Positions 58,144 to 64,000 of a DNA stretch of 64,000 bases are shown piece by piece. The stretch comes from the human T2T-CHM13v2.0 reference genome, Homo sapiens, in the NCBI RefSeq assembly GCF_009914755.1, contig NC_060926.1; one strand, written 5' to 3'. The position numbers and the translations under genes are program-made. Positions within the stretch are counted from its first letter, which is position 1, and each line of letters begins with the position of its first letter. The notes under the pieces were generated by a model that saw only the letters and a list, made by a program, of their open reading frames with translations, ran no database searches and was not told the DNA's origin.

Positions 58144-58779
58144 CTATCACAAATACAAAATGTTCAAAGGAACTGCTATATTGTGCTCCACAGCTACTAT
58201 CATCAAGCTTTTATAAGAGAAATGGGCATACGCTCTAAGCCTGCCTAGGTTTCTACTTGGTTTTCTCTTCTCCCTCAAGCTTCGTGTTCCATCATTAAGA
58301 CCTGTCAATTCTACCTCCAAAACACATTGCTGGTATCCACCCGCTTTCCTCTGCCTCCAACATCTTCACCCCAGTCCATGCTTCCATTAGGCCATAGCAG
58401 TACCTCGTTAACTGGATCCCCACTTCCTCTCTTCCCCCACTCCAATCTATGATCCATGCAGCAACCAGAGGGATGAAAACTGAGTCTGGCCATGTCTCTC
58501 TGTTGCTGAAACCCTCCAACAGCCAACCTTTGCATTCCACAAAAACAAAAAGCCCTTAAATGGCCTATAAGGTGCCAAATGAGGAGGCCCCTGCCTCCCT
58601 CAGCATCCTCATCTCATGGCACTGTGCCCCTCCTCATTGCACTCAAAGCACACACTCTTCTGTCTGTTCTCGAACTTTCACATCACCTTTTCCATCTTTA
58701 CCTTCTCATACGCCCTTCCTTCCACCTAGCACCCACTGCTCTGTGCCCACTCATCCATCAGGCCTCCCCACAACTGTGA

Positions 58780-59167
<388 letters not shown>

Positions 59168-61227
59168 TGTTCATGTAATTATTTATTTAAAGTCGGTCAT
59201 CCCCATGAAACTCCATGACAACAGGGACCATTTTATTTGTTCCTACCATAAACCTGATGCCCAGCACAGTGCCAATTCTATATTGGGTGCTTAATAAACT
59301 TTTGATTCCGTATTGTTTTTTAAAGTTTTATATTGAATGACCCGCCCCACTGATGCAAACAGGTCTCCATCGTTTCAGACATTTCATTTTAAATCCAAAC
59401 ATATTGTCTACAGCAGAGTAGACTTTTTTTCAAGTGAAATCTGATATGGAGCTAGAAAGTAGAAAACAGATACAAGTGGATCAATTCTAATTCCCACAGA
59501 AGTATTTTTTTTAATCACTGATTTACAGGAGTACTTGTTTTCAATATTAATAACTTGTATAGATGTCAGAGAAATCCACATAAGCATCACAAAGATCTAC
59601 AATTACCACATTCCATTTGGATCTGTCTAGATATTACTTCTCCAAGAGACATGATCAATCGTGCGCCGGATAGTGCAATGTCAATTAAACTGTTCGGGTG
59701 GAAGTATAATTTAGCCTTATAATGGGCCCTCAAGAAACTTCTGTTGAATGAACAACACATCTTTAAACAAATTCTATTTCACAGTTCCATCTTTGACAGA
59801 ACAGGAGCATTACCATCTTGGACAAGCACCACTACTTTAAGTTCCCCTTGATTATAATAACTCCATAATAAAGCCCCTATACAAAATCCAGTGGCCAATG
59901 ATGCAGTCCCCCATAGAGGCCCAGATGGGACTTGCCAACAGGGAGACAATGGCATCAGGTGAAGAGACCACATGATTACCTGTCTCCTCACGGGCATGGA
60001 CAAAAATGCCCATAAGGCAGTTAATTATGAAAAGCTCAGAGAAATTACACAAGAGCACCAGTAAAACCCTGCCCTTTTCTTATCACACCTCACTGAAGCT
60101 ATGCTAAAATATACCAATTTGGACCCAGAATCTAGAGAAGGTCAAACTTTTCTCTACCTCCAATTTATTTCCCAATCCACCCCAGATATTCGGAAAAAAT
60201 TACAAAAATTAGAGGAGGGCCCCCAGACATCTTGGTGGGAGCTCCTAAATGCGACCTTCCATGTCTTTAACAACAGAGATGAGGAACAAAAAATTCAAGA
60301 GGACAAACATCTCCATTTAAAATACCAGATGCTTGCCTCTGCTGTCCAAAAGTCAGTTATACGAAAGCCTCCTAATAACCCAAAGGGAAACTCCCCCACC
60401 TCTCCAGGAGTCTGTTTTCAATAAGGCAACCCTGGACACTGGGAAAAGGCTTGTCCTATCCCCTGGCCTCCCACCAAACCATGCCCAACTTGCAGTCTTT
60501 GGGGACACTGGACGATGGAATGCCCTCAACAGGGACACCTTCCCCATTCGGGTACCACTCATAATGAAGCCCCCCAAACATTACAGGAGGAAATCTCTTC
60601 ACTGTTGGTGCTGACAACGGAAGACTGAGGGTACCCGGCATCCTTCGCCCCCACATCTAGTGAGTCCACAAAACCCAGGTTAATTGGGACGGTATCTGGT
60701 AAGATTATTTCCTTTCTTTTGGATACTGGGGCAAGTCTACTGGCATTAACTGAATACCAAGGCCCATTAGAATGTTCATTTGTTTCTGTTGATGGAATGA
60801 AGGGCATACAAGAAACCCCATACAAAACACTGCCTCTATATTGCTCATTTCAGGGAGTCACCCTCACTCACTCTTTCTTGGTCATTCCTCATTCCCCCAC
60901 TCCTTTACTAGGAAGGGACATCCTACACAAACGGGGACGAATCATTCATTTATCAACCCTACACCAAAGCTACCTCTATTTATTATCATCTCAAGAACAG
61001 AACCCTTCCTCAGACATTCCATATCAAACAGACTTAAATCCCAAATTCCTCAGCCCTGTAAATCCCATAGTATGGAACACTGACTCCCCCATGTTAGCTA
61101 CCCACCATTCTCCAATTCAAATTTCAATGAAGGATCCTAAATGTCAAATAGTGGTCCCACAATATCCCCTAATGGACTATGGGGACTCAAGTCCATCATC
61201 TCCCAACTTTTGGCTGCCAATATTTTA

Positions 61228-61527
<300 letters not shown>

Positions 61528-63436
61528 TGGCTGCCAATATTTTAATCCCCACCCATTCTCCCCACAATACTCCTATTCTCCCAATTACAAAACCAGATGG
61601 CTCCTATAGACTGGTTCAGGATTTGCAACAAATAACTCCACTACTGTTCTGTTTGTCCTGTTGTCCCAAACCCCTATATCCTCATATTGCAAATTCTTCC
61701 CAATACTAGCTATTTCTCTGCATTAGACCTCAAAGATGCCTTTTATATTATCCCTCTACCTTCCTCCTCTCAAAACCTTTTTGCTTTTACTTGGACTGAC
61801 GCTGACACAGGCTACTCCCAACAACTCACCTGGACTGTCTTCCCCCAGGGGTTTAGGGACAGCCCTCACTATTTCGGTCAGGCACTTTGATTGGACCTTT
61901 CCCAACTACCTCTACAACCCAGTGTTTTGCTTCAATATGTGGACAATTTACTTCTTTGCAGCCCCTCTCTAGAACACTGTATTCAACACACAGCCAGGCT
62001 TTTAAATTTTTTGGCTGAATGTGGGTACCAGATATCCAAAAGGAAGACCCAATTTAACCTCTCCAAACGTTTCATAGCTAGGATTAATCATAACTCCAAA
62101 TACCAGGGAAATTCCACTAGCATGAAAGCAAGGCATTTAACAAGTCCCATTTCCTAAGACAAAAAGGGACTTATTTTCTTTCCTCAAATTAGTGGGATAT
62201 TTCTGATTATAGATAGCAAATTTTGCCACTATCACTAAACCTCTTTATGAACACACAAGAGGAAATCTTGATCAACCACTCACTCCTACCCCAGACCTTT
62301 ATCATGCTTTCTGTCACCTAAAATGTGCCTTATTACAGGCCCCCACTTTAGGCCTTCCAAACCCCCTAAGACCTTTTCATCTATATTTACACAGTTCTCA
62401 TAATCAGGCCCTTGGACTATTAGCCCAATCCATGGGAGATTCCCTCCAACCAGTGGCATATTCTTCAAAACAACTAGACCCCATTTACAAAACCTGGCCC
62501 CTTTGCTTAAAAATTTTGTCCACAGCCTCTTTAATTATCCCTGAGGCACAAACTCACATTCTATGAACCTCTTCAGGTGTTTTCTTCTCACAGTCTATAA
62601 GATATGCTCAGCCATAAGGCGCTCACCTCCATCTCATCCTCTCACATGCAAGCCCTACATTCAACCCTCCATCTCTCTTCACAGATGCTCACTCCTAATC
62701 CTGCTACTCTTTTATCTTCAACACTGATTTTGGACCCTGACCAACACTCATGCTCTGATCTAATTGAAAGTTCTCTTGCCGTGTTTTACCACCTTACTTC
62801 CACTCACATAAAGGGAGCCCCAGATTGATTTATAGATGGCAGCGCATCAAAAAACCCTCCCCGCCAAGCAGGATATGCAGTCACTGAGAGATATTGTGAT
62901 GATACCCACTGTCTTCCACCTAGAAGAGTTGTAGAGGCTGCCCCCTTGCCTTTGGGCACATCCTCCCAACAAGCAGAATTAGTTGCCCTAATGAAAGCAT
63001 TAACCCTAGCAAAAAACACACAAGTTAATATATACCACCAATTCTAAATATGTTTATAACATCAACCATTCCAATGCCCAAATTTGGAGCAAGTGGGGCT
63101 ATCTCACAGCTAAGGGAACTCCTATCATTAATGGAAAACTAATCCATTGTCTACTAAAGGCAGCTCTACTTCCAAAAAAGGCTGCAGTTACCCATTGCAA
63201 AGGACTTCAATCAGATAAAAGCCACATTTCTTTAGGGAACCGTGAGGCTGACTATTGGGCAAAACACACCTCAACCAACCATCCAATTCTCTAATATCTA
63301 TTTCCCCTCACACAACATATCCCCTTTTATCCCAAACACCAAATACAACAACTACTCACAGCGGGGGCACAATTCAAACTCCCATACTGTCATACAAAAC
63401 AAATTAGTCCTACCTGACCCTGAAAAAACAACTCTT

Positions 63437-63772
<336 letters not shown>

Positions 63773-64000
63773 CTAGCCATTCCCCTCTACAACATTTCTT
63801 AAGTTCCCACATACACATAACCCCAGATATAAAGGAACAGTTGAAAGCCATTTTCCATCAATGCTCTATTTGCCAGAAAGCTTCACCCCATTCCAACACT
63901 GGACTCCCTTCTTTTCCAACCCATCAAGCCAGGGGACACCTTCCAAGACAAGACTGGGAAATTGATTTTACCCATATGCCCCCAGTAAAAAAGGTTCGAT

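Overview
Human (primate) genomic DNA, recognisable from its encoded proteins as the HEATR5B / GPATCH11 / EIF2AK2 (PKR) locus. Left part: 5' portion of HEATR5B on the minus strand (non-coding exon 1, six complete coding exons and a partial one at the window edge). It shares a CpG-island bidirectional promoter (~15.0-15.9 kb) with GPATCH11 on the plus strand, whose complete 263-codon CDS can be spliced from 8 coding exons (19517-27396). Right part: the seven 3' coding exons of EIF2AK2 (whole kinase domain, stop at 38406) on the minus strand, converging on GPATCH11. Introns are packed with Alu (about 45 copies/fragments), L1, L2, MIR, MaLR LTRs, a MER9 solo LTR and a decayed class I ERV gag-pro-pol (59.8 kb to the window end). 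I see no clearly new gene system. The best leads are regulatory: (1) back-to-back poly(A) signals at 30353-30366 that could end both GPATCH11 and a long PKR 3'UTR with a short sense/antisense overlap, (2) inverted Alus confined to that long PKR 3'UTR, (3) a 16-bp duplicated splice donor in GPATCH11 exon 1 that switches an upstream ATG between an N-terminal extension and a uORF. Exon boundaries were read base by base; repeat boundaries and subfamily names are by eye and approximate.
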